Assembly (NCBI RefSeq): GCF_001194135.2
Contig: NC_069001.1
Span: forward strand, 29,675,223-29,712,353
Length of the DNA stretch: 37,131 bases
Direction: 5' to 3'
From: Octopus bimaculoides
Taxonomy: Eukaryota
Below the pieces are notes generated by a model. It had not been told where the DNA came from. It saw only the letters and a list, made by a program, of their open reading frames with translations, and did not search any database. Made by a program: the position numbers and the translations under genes. The stretch's first letter is position 1. Each line of letters begins with the position of its first letter. Below are positions 1 through 12,222 of the stretch, piece by piece.

Positions 1-100
1 TATATATATATATACAAAGAGTAATCGCTCGACATTGTGTTGTTTTGCATTTATATTATAATAAATATATAGAAATTATAAAAATATTTTTTTAAATATT

Positions 101-152
101 GGTTTTGTGCTAAGTAGCTGGCTTACCAACCACACAATTCCGGGTTCAGTCA
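101..152 (+). mobile_element. 5' fragment (tRNA-like head) of an Octopus-type SINE
   Basis: gtgctaagtagctggcttaccaaccacacaattccgggttcagtc has A-box-like and B-box-like (ggttcagtc) segments and matches a SINE head recalled from octopus genomes; truncated after the B-box. Confidence 0.55.
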
Positions 153-2064
153 CATAAATTTTATGTTATAATGCACCCCACATCAGACAATTGCACAACG
201 CTCCTTGCTTTTCTAACCACTGATGTGCAAATTATGAGGAATATCTTCTCAATGTGGGACTACATCTCCAATCTTATGTACAAACATTAAAATGGAGATA
301 ACTGTGTTTCTCTAGTATTATATTTCGATGTCCTTCACTCATATCTTAAAGCCAATATTCTTAAATATTTATCATGGTTTAACTAATAGGACGGCTTCAT
401 AAATTTTATTGCAGATAAGCCTTTAGGTTTGGCATATTTTAACGTTGCATAGTATATGCATTAAACAATAGTTTTCATCATTTTCTTGTTTGATCGCAAC
501 TTGGAGCATATTTGAAACTGTCTTTATATTGTCTTCACAATTTTATTGTCGTAGCAGAGGTCGTTTTCGGAGTTTCTGTATTATTTGTAGGTGGTTTCAA
601 TGTGAAATAACAATAAAATATACCAACACATTGGAGCGGTTTGAAAGAATGGAATGAAATACATCTGGAAAATGAAGTATTCAAGAAAAGGAACCAGATG
701 CAGAACTAATGAAATGTTCCATTAAATCAAAGAAAATAAACATATTGGAAGGCTATAAAAACGAAAATTTGGCAGAGAAACACTTACTATCTATAAACCA
801 AGAACCAGATTTCTCCACGTTGAAACATTCAGAACCGAAATAGGAAGCAAAAATGTGAAAAATTCTCACACTTGAATTCGAAACAGAGCTGGACATTCAA
901 CATCTTCGCACTTCACAACTGATTATAAATTTTCGAAATAATACATTAAAAATGCATGGAAAACGTAACGGATCTATGTAAAAACGAAGAAAAGTTCAGA
1001 AACAGAAGACACCAAATATATATATATATANNNNNNNNNNNNNNNNNNNNNNNNNNNNNNNNNNNNNNNNNNNNNNNNNNNNNNNNNNNNNNNNNNNNNN
1101 NNNNNNNNNNNNNNNNNNNNNNNNNNNNNNNNNNNNNNNNNNNNNNNNNNNNNNNNNNNNNNNNNNNNNNNNNNNNNNNNNNNNNNNNNNNNNNNNNNNN
1201 NNNNNNNNNNNNNNNNNNNNNNNNNNNNNNNNNNNNNNNNNNNNNNNNNNNNNNNNNNNNNNNNNNNNNNNNNNNNNNNNNNNNNNNNNNNNNNNNNNNN
1301 NNNNNNNNNNNNNNNNNNNNNNNNNNNNNNNNNNNNNNNNNNNNNNNNNNNNNNNNNNNNNNNNNNNNNNNNNNNNNNNNNNNNNNNNNNNNNNNNNNNN
1401 NNNNNNNNNNNNNNNNNNNNNNNNNNNNNNNNNNNNNNNNNNNNNNNNNNNNNNNNNNNNNNNNNNNNNNNNNNNNNNNNNNNNNNNNNNNNNNNNNNNN
1501 NNNNNNNNNNNNNNNNNNNNNNNNNNNNNNNNNNNNNNNNNNNNNNNNNNNNNNNNNNNNNNNNNNNNNNNNNNNNNNNNNNNNNNNNNNNNNNNNNNNN
1601 NNNNNNNNNNNNNNNNNNNNNNNNNNNNNNNNNNNNNNNNNNNNNNNNNNNNNNNNNNNNNNNNNNNNNNNNNNNNNNNNNNNNNNNNNNNNNNNNNNNN
1701 NNNNNNNNNNNNNNNNNNNNNNNNNNNNNNNNNNNNNNNNNNNNNNNNNNNNNNNNNNNNNNNNNNNNNNNNNNNNNNNNNNNNNNNNNNNNNNNNNNNN
1801 NNNNNNNNNNNNNNNNNNNNNNNNNNNNNNNNNNNNNNNNNNNNNNNNNNNNNNNNNNNNNNNNNNNNNNNNNNNNNNNNNNNNNNNNNNNNNNNNNNNN
1901 NNNNNNNNNNNNNNNNNNNNNNNNNNNNNNNNNTCTCTCTCTCTCTCTCTCCGCCTCTATCTGTCTACCTATCTATCAATAATTCTATCTATTTATTTAT
2001 CTATCAATCAGGAAACAAACGTATATCAGTAAACAAATGTATCTCAAAAAACAAATGTACACGA

Positions 2065-2531
2065 GTGAACGATTAAAGAATTTCAAACGTACCTTTGTAG
2101 ATAACGTTACTCGGATATCCGTGTACCTAAGTAACGGAATTCTGGCTCTCTTAGCCTTAATTCGTCACCAGCAAGACTTACCGAGCGAACAATTCAAAAC
2201 ACCTCACATCTGAACTCTGCGTTCTGATTGGTTTTGCACCGAAAACAAAAATGTATCAGTGTAAATATATATATTAATGATAAGTAGAATATTCAGATTT
2301 GAATATTCATAAAGATATCTTTATTGCTAATATTTTCTATGGTAAATATATGTTATTGATAATATCAAAACGCAGACAGAATTCAGACGTGACGTGTTTT
2401 GAATTTTTCTCTCAGTAAGTCGTGCTGATGAGGTATTGGGACTTAGAGGGCCAGAATTCCGTCACATAGGTACACGAATTTCCGAGTAACGTTATCTACA
2501 AATCTACGTTTTAAATTCTTTAACCGTTCAC
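2065..2531. mobile_element. MITE-like / foldback element with ~165-bp inverted arms
   Basis: 2065-2228 (gtgaacgattaaagaatttcaaacgtacctttgtagataacgttactcggatatccgtgtacc...) is the reverse complement of 2364-2531 with scattered mismatches; AT-rich ~135-bp spacer; no ORF. Confidence 0.75.
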
Positions 2532-2613
2532 CCACTTATATTATCTTTTAAACTTTTAAACTCATAATTCAAACAGCATGGCGTATGGACATCCGTATGT
2601 TTAATTAATACTA

Positions 2614-2616
<3 letters not shown>

Positions 2617-2704
<88 letters not shown>
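2617..2704. repeat. (CA)n-(TA)n compound microsatellite
   Basis: Directly visible; representative of dozens of similar tracts in the window. Confidence 0.95.
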
Positions 2705-2708
<4 letters not shown>

Positions 2709-3408
2709 TTACGTATGTCAGTTTGTATAAATATGTTTATGAATGCATGTATGTATATATATATGAGGCATAAATGCAGAGATATAACACATAGACTGAT
2801 AAAAGTAAAAAGGCAGAGTGAGACAGATATGGAGAGAGAGAGAGAGAGAGGGGGGAAGAGAGAGATAGAAGGAATGAGAAGCAGAAATTGGGTGTAAAAA
2901 ACTATGTTGATGTGCATGTCAAATATATGTCTGCGTTTTATATAAATGCGCGTTATATAATAGATTGGGATCTGATATACAGGAAAATAAATGATGCAAC
3001 TGCTTCATGTGTATGTGCTAAGAATGCAAACGATAGAATAGACAAAAGAAATAAAAACTGTGAAGTTTACCGACAGAAGTGTTATTGTGATGGAGGCTAA
3101 AACGGTGGAATTGATGATAACGGTGCGGATTTTGTCATCGTTTAATATGATGATGATGATGATGATGACGAAGGTCATGTGACGACGATCATTACAATGG
3201 TCATGTTGATGATGGTGATGTTAGTGATGATGCTAACGACAGTTAGCAGGAGTCTCTATGGACATGCCTTTCACATAGACATGGTATTTACATAGTTTTA
3301 ACGACATACAAACATACATAGATATAGATGTATTTACTTTCCGGTACGCACACACACATCGGCTACTACAAAAATTACTGCAGCTACTACTATAATTACT
3401 ACTACTAG

Positions 3409-3439
<31 letters not shown>

Positions 3440-3629
3440 GTGTCTTGTTCGATAAAAATTATTACATGGTCTTTCTTTTGCGTTTCTCGTATGTTTTACT
3501 TGCTATTCGTTTATTTTCCTGTTCATCATATTAAATTTTTACATCCACCATTTCCTCTCTACAGTTTTCAATGACTTCGTTATTTCCCTTCACTTCTATT
3601 TAGAATATTTCCGTGTATTTCTTTCTTAC

Positions 3630-3713
3630 GCTTTGCACAGGTGTTCTTGACATAGAACGACCGCTACCATCGTCAAAATACCATTCTTCCGTTGCGTTTA
3701 TTATATAATAATT
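3630..3713 (-). CDS. Candidate exon of the minus-strand gene (NYYIINATEEWYFDDGSGRSMSRTPVQS)
   Basis: Acceptor ttgcag, donor AGC|gtaaga, 84 nt, open only in phase 0. A second acceptor 10 nt upstream (catcag) would make it phase 2 and join directly to exon 12223-12274. Confidence 0.45.
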
Positions 3714-3873
3714 CTGCAATGCACTGATGTAGTTTCCATACAAAACACCAAGAGGCATGTGTATATATATATATATATATATATGAAACATATACCATGT
3801 ATCATATATATTAAGTATAAATATATATACATACATACGCATTTCTATCTATCTATCTATCTATGTATCTATC

Positions 3874-3918
<45 letters not shown>

Positions 3919-3931
3919 NNNNNNNNNNNNT

Positions 3932-4135
3932 ATACTCTTTTACTCTTCACTCTCTTTTACTTATTTCAGTCATTTGACTCGGCCATGCTGGAGCACCGCC
4001 TTTAGTCGAGCAAATAGACCCCAGGACTTATTCTTTGGAAGCCTAGTACTTATTCTATCGTTCGCTTTCGCCGAACCGCTAAGTTACTGAGACGTAAACA
4101 CACCAGCATCGGTTGTCAAGCGATGTTGAGGGGAG
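3932..4135 (-). mobile_element. SINE, 3' half
   Basis: Contains the reverse complement of the recurrent tail aaaggcggtgctccagcatggccg..gtcaaatgactgaaa..agtaaaagag also seen at 16757 and 27270-27340. Confidence 0.85.
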
Positions 4136-4143
4136 AAATATAT

Positions 4144-4178
<35 letters not shown>

Positions 4179-5060
4179 AAACCTATATCATATGTATTAA
4201 ATATATGTATATATACATACTTAAATACACGTACACACACACACATATGTACGCATATAAATTGATGGACATGCCAGGTAGGCAGACTTTATAATTTTTT
4301 TCTTTTTGCACGTTTATATTCTGCTTACGTATGTAGCCATATTAGTGACTGCAATTAGTTCTTCGTTGATGCTTCTTACTCTTATATCCTTATTTATGCG
4401 CAAACATTGTTCATTCCATGATATTAAAGCATACTTAATCTGTTAGATTTTCAGTTCAATTATCTGAATCCGAAGGTGGAACCGCTTGAGAAATCTCTTA
4501 ACATTTCAGATTTAATGGTTGCTAAATTACATGTCCTCCAGCCAAAAAGCTACATACATATATGTTTTAAGCAGAAAATTGAGTAACGTCTCGAAATGTA
4601 AATATACATGTGTATTGCATGAGTAGTATCTCACAGTTTCGATTACTTGGAGAATATTAAGTATGCGAATGTCGGTTGTGTTGAAATTTTCAGATATTTA
4701 AATTGAGTGAATTCTTATCAAATTTGTAATTGCTTCCGTATTAAGTGATTTAGTGTATAATGGATATACTTATACAAAGAATTTGATTTAAAATTGAAGG
4801 TATGGAAGCAGAAAAGGGTCCTGAATGCTGAAGATAGCAGTCGGATGTGGAACAATAATACAAGCTCCGATGAGTTACAGAATATCATGTATAAATATTA
4901 CACATTTGAATAAGCATTTGGTCATGTATGTAGGTATGTATGTTTTCTGAATATATTAAGCGCGTATCTAACTATCTATGTAACTATGTACATATATGTT
5001 TAAATATGTATATGTGCAACTATACACACACACACACACACACATACACACACACACACA

Positions 5061-5137
<77 letters not shown>

Positions 5138-5233
5138 CTGTGTGTGTGTGTGTTTTTATATGTACATATATATATATACATATTTATTACATATTTATTA
5201 TACCTATTTATTGTGCTTTTGCTTATTAATCTT

Positions 5234-5530
5234 TCTAGCGGCTACAGCAGCGGACGCGCGGTCGAGGGATCGTGGGTTCGAATCACAGACCGACCAATGT
5301 GTGTGTTTATGAGAGAAAGACCTAAGCTCTATGCAGCTCCGGCAGAAGGTAATGGCGAAATTCTGCTGATTCTTTCGCCACATCTTTCTCTTGCTCTTTC
5401 CTCTTGCATCTACCAGCTCTCCGCCAACGGACCGGCATCTTATCCAGGTGGGGAGCCTCTACGCCAATGAAACCGAGGGAAAAGGCTCTTACGAGCCAGG
5501 CAGGCATGGCTCAAGAAGAAACAAACAACA
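5234..5530 (+). mobile_element. tRNA-derived SINE with a tail different from that of the 11473 copy
   Basis: B-box ggttcgaatc at 5275-5284; the first ~160 nt align with 11478-11645; ends in ...gagccaggcaggcatggctcaagaagaaacaaacaac. Confidence 0.7.
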
Positions 5531-5754
5531 TACAGAAGTTCTTTTTCCAACCACGTGGATTTTGGGTTCATTCTGACAGCGTGGCATCTCGGGCAGGTAT
5601 AATTTAGGTTTTTTTTTCCGGAGCGACCAGTGCCTTATTAATGCTTGTCCCCCGTACCGCATGGCCTCGGTGTAGTTTCTTTAACATCCCTATCGTCTAA
5701 TAATTAGGCAAAAGAGATCGATAGATTGTACTGAAAAGAAAATTTAGTAATAGA

Positions 5755-5820
5755 TTCAGCCATTTCAAGCGGTGCCCCACCAAAACCGCTCACAAATGAC
5801 TGAAACAAAATATAAAAAAG
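5755..5820 (+). mobile_element. Degraded SINE tail fragment
   Basis: ttcaagcggtgccccaccaaaaccgctcacaaatgactgaaacaaaatataaaaaag resembles the tail at 27270-27340. Confidence 0.6.
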
Positions 5821-6154
5821 AGAACTCACACACCTGAACATCTCTTCATCGATATACAGAGTAACTTGCATCTATAGTATTAATATAAATTGTAGATGAC
5901 TGCGGGTATCTATTAAATATTTTTTGCTGTATAACGGTCTCTGTATTAGTCAAAGTATGTATTAATCAAAGATCATTCATACTTTTCTGTCCTCCCGGCC
6001 TGGTGATATACACCGATGAATTTATTCTCTAGCCAGAGAACTGATAGAAATGCTTTAATTACTTGCAAGCTACCTAATGTCAGGTGACGCTTTTAAAACA
6101 GAGGACTGTCAAAATCTACAAAATGAGAACCCAAAAAGGAAGTCACTTATTCTG

Positions 6155-6308
6155 TCGTGCTAGAAAACAGATATGGCAGTTACATATTTGTCGTACCAGT
6201 AAACAAATATTATTTCATAACAGAAGTGAAATATTATTTCGTACCAGAAAACAAACATGGCAGTTAAACATTTCTCGTACCAGTAAACAAAAATGGACGT
6301 TAAATATT
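6155..6308. repeat. Degenerate ~36-bp minisatellite, 4 units
   Basis: Units beginning tcgt(g/a)c..g(t/a)aaaca start at 6155, 6191, 6239 and 6275. Confidence 0.75.
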
Positions 6309-6723
6309 GACCTCAGCGCACTGTAACGAAGTAAAATATATTACAAAACAGTGTCTTACGCTTTGACATATCTAACAATTCACTGTTTTATCTCAGGAAG
6401 GCCTGGACTTGAAATTTGGCATAAGCTTCGTTGGTCTGATAATTACAAAAGTTAACCACGCTTGATCCCAGTCTAGAAATATTTTCAGATAACACTTTAT
6501 AATAAAAGACAGATTACATAAAATGTTATCGTGTGTACAGTCGATTGTATGCAACTCTGTAATTTAATGCTACTTAATTTAACGATGTCATAAGAACGAA
6601 AACAATGCTTTCCTCGGTTGGAATCGCAATTTGAAATCGCATTTTAAACTTACGTAATTATATTACGTAACCAATATTCAATTTGTTGCCCAACTATTTT
6701 TGACACTTTACTGTAATGCTTGC

Positions 6724-6757
<34 letters not shown>

Positions 6758-6776
6758 TTATTATTATTATTATTAT
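6724..6776. repeat. (AAT)n-(TTA)n self-complementary microsatellite
   Basis: An (aat) run followed after one g by a (tta) run. Confidence 0.9.
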
Positions 6777-6818
6777 TTATCCTCGTTTGCCTTCCTGCTC
6801 TATACCGTCTACACACAC

Positions 6819-6891
6819 TGTTTTTGAATGGCGTCCAATTAGAAATGCTGTGATTGTAAAAATACATTGTTTGGTATATTTCCAAATGTCT
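6819..6891 (-). CDS. Candidate exon (DIWKYTKQCIFTITAFLIGRHSKT)
   Basis: Strong acceptor ttgtgtttctctgcag; a phase-2 start fits exon 12223-12274. Donor ACA|gtgtgt (phase 0) fits 3630-3713 but is only moderate; an alternative donor lies at 6806. Confidence 0.35.
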
Positions 6892-7043
6892 CTGCAGAGA
6901 AACACAACATGTTCCTAAGTATTGATTGTGAATTCCATTTAGACTAAAGTAGCAATCTTTGTGAGTTTACAGTTAATTGGTCCAAAATATTGGAACGATT
7001 TCACCCTGGATTCTCTTGCTAAATATTGTTATTGCATAACGTA

Positions 7044-7292
7044 TTCTTCTTCTTCTTCGTCTTCTTTTTCTTCTTTTTCTTCTCCTCCTCCTTCTCCTCC
7101 TCAACCTTCTTCTTCTTCTTCTTCTTCTCCTCCTTCTCCTCCTCCACCTTCTTCTTCTTCTTCTTCTTCTTCTTCTTGTCATTATCATTATTGCTGTATT
7201 GGCTGGCATTGCTGATGTTTTGCTATTATTATTATTATTATTATTATTATTTCTAACAGTACTAGCAGCAGCAGCAGTAGTAGTAATAGTAA

Positions 7293-7327
<35 letters not shown>

Positions 7328-7399
7328 CCATCAGGAGCAGCAAAGCAGTGGCAGCAATAGTATTAGTATTAGTAACAGCAGCAGCAGCAGCAGAAGTAC

Positions 7400-7431
<32 letters not shown>

Positions 7432-7478
7432 GTAGTAGTAGTAGTAGAAGTTGTAGTAGCAGCAGCAGCTGCAGCAGC

Positions 7479-7535
<57 letters not shown>

Positions 7536-7793
7536 TGCAGCAGCAGTAGTAGTAGTAGTAGTAGTAGTAGTAGCAACGGCAGCAGCAGCAGAAGAAGAAG
7601 AAGAAGAAGAAGAAGAAGAAGAAGAAGAAGAAGAAGAAGAAGAAGAAGAAGAAGAAGAAGAAGAAGAAGAAGAAGAAGAAGAAGAAGAAGAAGAAGAAGA
7701 AGAAGAAGAAGAAGAAGAAGAAGAAGAAGAAGAAGAAGAAGAAGAAGAAGAAGAAGAAGAAGAACAAGAACAAGAACAATAACAAGAACAAGA
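7044..7793. repeat. Large compound trinucleotide array: (TTC/TCC), (TAT), (TAG), (CAG), (GAA)~58, (CAAGAA)
   Basis: Directly visible; uninterrupted GAA run at 7591-7764. Confidence 0.95.
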
Positions 7794-8793
7794 AATACAT
7801 TGCTTATATTGCTCTTGTCATTTACGACGATGTTGATGTTAGTGTTGCTGAAGGTTATTCTATTGTTGCTTGATATTCTTACAGTGACGTTTGCTTTAGC
7901 AATAGACGTTATGTACTCAGAAGATTACGTACACAAAACCCCTTTTTTTTTCTCCCTCTATTTTACATAACAGTTAAATTTATTTGTATTTGTCATTTTA
8001 ATACAGAAATAAGGAAGGTTATTAAAAGCCACTTAAGCAATGCAAGGTTGGATAAAAATATATAAAAATTTATTCAATCGTTTTAACAAGCCTTAATCTT
8101 GTATGGAAATATCTCTAATGGGAATAGGTAAACATCAAACATCATTACGAATGCTGTGACATGTGCAGAGATGCGTAATAATATTAAGGAAGTCTAAATT
8201 GATATATTCGAATCATGCCATAATGTATTGCAGCTTCATGATTAGGAAAAATTCGCATTTTGTTGAAAGAAAAACAACCTGAACTTAGAATATGACGCTT
8301 TGTATAAGAGGAGATGGATTTGAAAACTGGGCATCAGGTCTTTTTACGCAGTACTGCAGGGAAAATTTTCATTCAGTTTATGGCTGTTATCGCTCTGACA
8401 ATATATCTAGAGTGGAACGTATAACGTGGTAACTGCGATTTCTGGTAAATGTATACGTATACACTTATATGTAGTTTCTTAAATGGTTTGGCTAGCTTTT
8501 TTTATCTAGTTCATGTTTACGTTTCGGAAGACGTACATTCTCCTCCTGGTTTTTGATTGAAGATATGCATGAATTAGTATTACAAAAGTAACATACACAA
8601 CGCTTTGTCACCCACAGCAATACAAGAGAGAACATAAATGGGCAGAAGAATTTCGCTATCACATTCTATTAAACGATTATATTTTGTATGTAAAAGTTGT
8701 GCAGTAATTGATACTTTCGGTTGTGCAATTGAATTNNNNNNNNNNNNNNNNNNNNNNNNNNNNNNNNNNNNNNNNNNNNNNNNNNNNNNNNNN

Positions 8794-9481
8794 GGGGGGG
8801 GGGGGCAAGGTCCTCTCTGATGTACAAAAATTATTAAACTACAATAACGAACGCATTTTATTCGGAAAGCTCAAAGCAGACACGCGTGCACGCGCACGCA
8901 CACACACACATAAATATGAATATATATATATAGATACATGTACCCCTCTCCCCTTCCCTCTATCTATCTATCTATCTCTCCATCTATCTATCTTTACTAC
9001 ATTTGTATTCTGTCCCCTCTGTGTTGAGCCCTGTGTGGCTAATAAAGAAACCTATCTTTACTACATTTGTATTTTGTCCCCTCTGTGTTGAGCCCTGTGT
9101 GGCTAATAAAGAAACCTATCTTTATGGACGGATGATAGACACATCGGCTCCGGGTAAGTTTGCCTTTTATTGCCTTAATAAGTTGTTTTCGGATTATATT
9201 TTCTATGTAAAAGTTGTGCAACAACTAATATATTCGATTGTGCAATTTTTTGCACGGGAATTCTGCCCTGTGTGGCGAATTTGCCTATTTTGTAAAACTG
9301 TTTTCGGCTTTCTTAGCCATATTTTTTTCTTGAGCATGGCGTGGTCAAGCCAAGCAGACGATCTCATAACGAACGCCCGTCTCCTTGGCAACTCTTTCCA
9401 AGTTTATTTCTTTACACCCCCTTCACCACAGATTCATGAAGGTCGGAAGAAGGGGGGAAGTAACACACAAACAGGTGCAGG
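8794..9481 (+). repeat. Copy 1 of a local ~0.7-kb duplication
   Basis: 8806-8935 matches 10870-11000 with substitutions, and 9457-9481 (gaagtaacacacaaacaggtgcagg) matches 11450-11474; offsets ~2.0-2.06 kb. Confidence 0.7.
8988..9124 (+). repeat. 64-bp tandem duplication containing AATAAA
   Basis: ctatctttactacatttgtatt(c/t)tgtcccctctgtgttgagccctgtgtggctaataaagaaac occurs twice with one mismatch. Confidence 0.9.
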
Positions 9482-10424
9482 TGTGAGCATGGACGCTAAC
9501 ACCGCCACCACCACAACCACCACTACCACCATCAACTGCTAGGACGGACGCCTCTGCCACCACCACCACAAACACCACCGCCACAATTAAATTAGAGTTG
9601 CATTCTATTCTATAGCCTCCAACAACATTTTTACTGCCTGCGCTCTTTCAGTTGTTTGGATTCCTTTTATCCTAATTAACTTTAAACGACTATTTCTCAA
9701 GATGTCTTACACTGTGCAACGAATCCCTGATAATTTTCATTCCAATGTCTTCTTCGGAAACAAAATGCAATGCTCAGCACATATACTTATAATTTAGTGG
9801 GTCTAATTTAAAAGAATTTGATATATACAATACAATGTTAACCAATTAATTGTTTATATCATTTAAAATAATGACACTGAAACGCATATATAAGAAATTA
9901 GGAAAATGAATAAATCAATGAAAAAATCAAAAATAATTTGTTAGCTCCAGAGAATTCAAGCTACAGGCAATCATCTCTCCTTTGGTTTTGAGTTGGCTCC
10001 CATCTTACGTTTTCTTCTCTAATCACTGCAAGTCAATATGATTTTTTAAAAATATGAAGGATTTATCTAGTATGCTGTTCACACTGAACTTAAGAGTTAT
10101 TCGTGTCACAAATCGTCCTAGCTGTTACAAGTGTTAATTCTCTGTTAACAGGATAGTTTCCATTATGAAACTTGCTCAATACCACGAATGTTATCAATTC
10201 TTATTGCATGTAGCTTCGTCTTAAGCCGGCTCAAAATAAGGGTGTGGTATTGGCCAGTTGTTCGGCAATTGGTGCCGTAAACGAGGAGACACCGTCTCGT
10301 CTTCAGTCGCATGCATTTACCTTTCTCAGCATTTTTTGTTACATGTAAATTATCCATCTATCTATCTATCTATCCGTCTGCTCTGTCTGTCTGTCTGTAT
10401 CTATCTATCTATCTATTTATCTAT

Positions 10425-10460
<36 letters not shown>

Positions 10461-10862
10461 GTATCTATCTTTCCGTCTGTCGTTATGGCTATCCCTGTGT
10501 TTGAGCGTCTGAATATGTGCATAGGTGTAGAGAGAGACATTGAAATCAGTAACGTGATTCACATGTTTGACCGAAACTGCTACTTCATTAACGAAACAGA
10601 AAATATCAAGCTAATATATGAATATAACACGTAACGCTAACATTCCTAAGGCACATCAAACAAAAATATTTCACAAGATTGCCATAGTTAAAGCAAACAT
10701 ATAATTATGTAATCTCACCTGTGAAGAACAAAACACGTACGCACACACATACACACACACACACACACGCACTATACTCCACCAAAAACGGAGAAACGTC
10801 AGAACACAAGTTAAACCACAATGAAATGTGTACTGAATGTTGTTTCTATGGAATTTTGAATT

Positions 10863-10974
10863 GGGGAGGCAAGGTGCTCCCTGATGTACAACAATTATTA
10901 AACTACAATAACGATTGCGTTTTATTCGGAAAGCTCAAAGCAGACACACGAGCACGGGCACACACACATGAATA

Positions 10975-11020
<46 letters not shown>

Positions 11021-11474
11021 NNNNNNNNNNNNNNNNNNNNNNNNNNNNNNNNNNNNNNNNNNNNNNNNNNNNNNNNNNNNNNNNNNNNNNNNNNNNNNNN
11101 NNNNNNNNNNNNNNNNNNNNNNNNNNNNNNNNNNNNNNNNNNNNNNNNNNNNNNNNNNNNNNNNNNNNNNNNNNNNNNNNNNNNNNNNNNNNNNNNNNNN
11201 NNNNNNNNNNNNNNNNNNNNNNNNNNNNNNNNNNNNNNNNNNNNNNNNNNNNNNNNNNNNNNNNNNNNNNNNNNNNNNNNNNNNNNNNNNNNNNNNNNNN
11301 NNNNNNNNNNNNNNNNNNNNNNNNNNNNNNNNNNNNNNNNNNNNNNNNNNNNNNNNNNNNNNNNNNNNNNNNNNNNNNNNNNNNNNNNNNNNNNNNNNNN
11401 NNNNNNNNNNNNNNNNNNNNNNNNNNNNNNNNNNNNNNNAAAAAGGAAAGAAGTAACACACAAACAGGTGCAGG
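10863..11474 (+). repeat. Copy 2 of the local duplication (middle hidden by N-gap)
   Basis: See copy 1; homology resumes after the gap at 11450 and stops where a SINE begins. Confidence 0.65.
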
Positions 11475-11856
11475 CTCAATGGCCCAGTTGTTAAGGCAGC
11501 GGACTCGCGGTCATAGGATCGCGGTTTCGATTCCCAGACCGAGCGTTGTGAATGTTTATTGAGCGAAAACACCTAAAGCACCACGAGGCTCCGACAGGGG
11601 ATGGTGGTGAACCCTGCTGTACTCTTTCACCACAACTTTCTCTCACTTTTACTTCCTGTTTCTGTTGTGCCTGTAATTCAAAGGGTTAGCCTTGTCACAC
11701 TGTGTCAAGCTGAATATCCCCGAGAACTACGTTAATGGTACACGTGTATGTGGAGTGCTCAGCCGCTTGCACGTTAATTTCACGAGAAGCCTGTTCCGTT
11801 TATCGGATCAACTGGAACCCCCGACATCGTAAGCGACAGAGTGCCAACAACAACAA
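11473..11856 (+). mobile_element. Apparently full-length ~380-bp tRNA-derived SINE ending in (AAC)n
   Basis: A-box-like tggcccagttgttaagg (11480), B-box-like ggtttcgattccc (11523), GC-richer body, 3' caacaacaacaa tail. Confidence 0.85.
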
Positions 11857-12222
11857 TCAATCTATCTATCTATCTATCCATCTTTTTAAACTCTTATGCT
11901 AACGGTGTTACCCTGTTACGTTACAATATTACAATTCAAAGAGGAGACCATACAGAGAATACAACTAATATATAGTCATCCTGCAAACTAACGCAGATCA
12001 ATTAAGTATGATAATCTCTCGAATGAACCACGCTGCGGTAGCATAAACCGCTGGAAGCAAACTCTATTTCTTAATAATACACGGACGGCTAATATTTCTG
12101 ATACGCACATAAACTCACACACACAAACACCACAAACACTCACAGTTGTATTCATACTTCTTTACATATAAAATCACTGAGCAACTAATAATTTTTCACA
12201 AAATATAATTGTTCGGTTTTAC

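Noticed and set aside
600-1010. Purine-rich plus-strand stretch with short open frames
   Set aside because: Multiple stops and no recognisable transposase or reverse-transcriptase motif; it may be a decayed element but cannot be called.
6155-6308. CRISPR-like array
   Set aside because: Only four irregular units, no distinct spacers, and a eukaryotic context.
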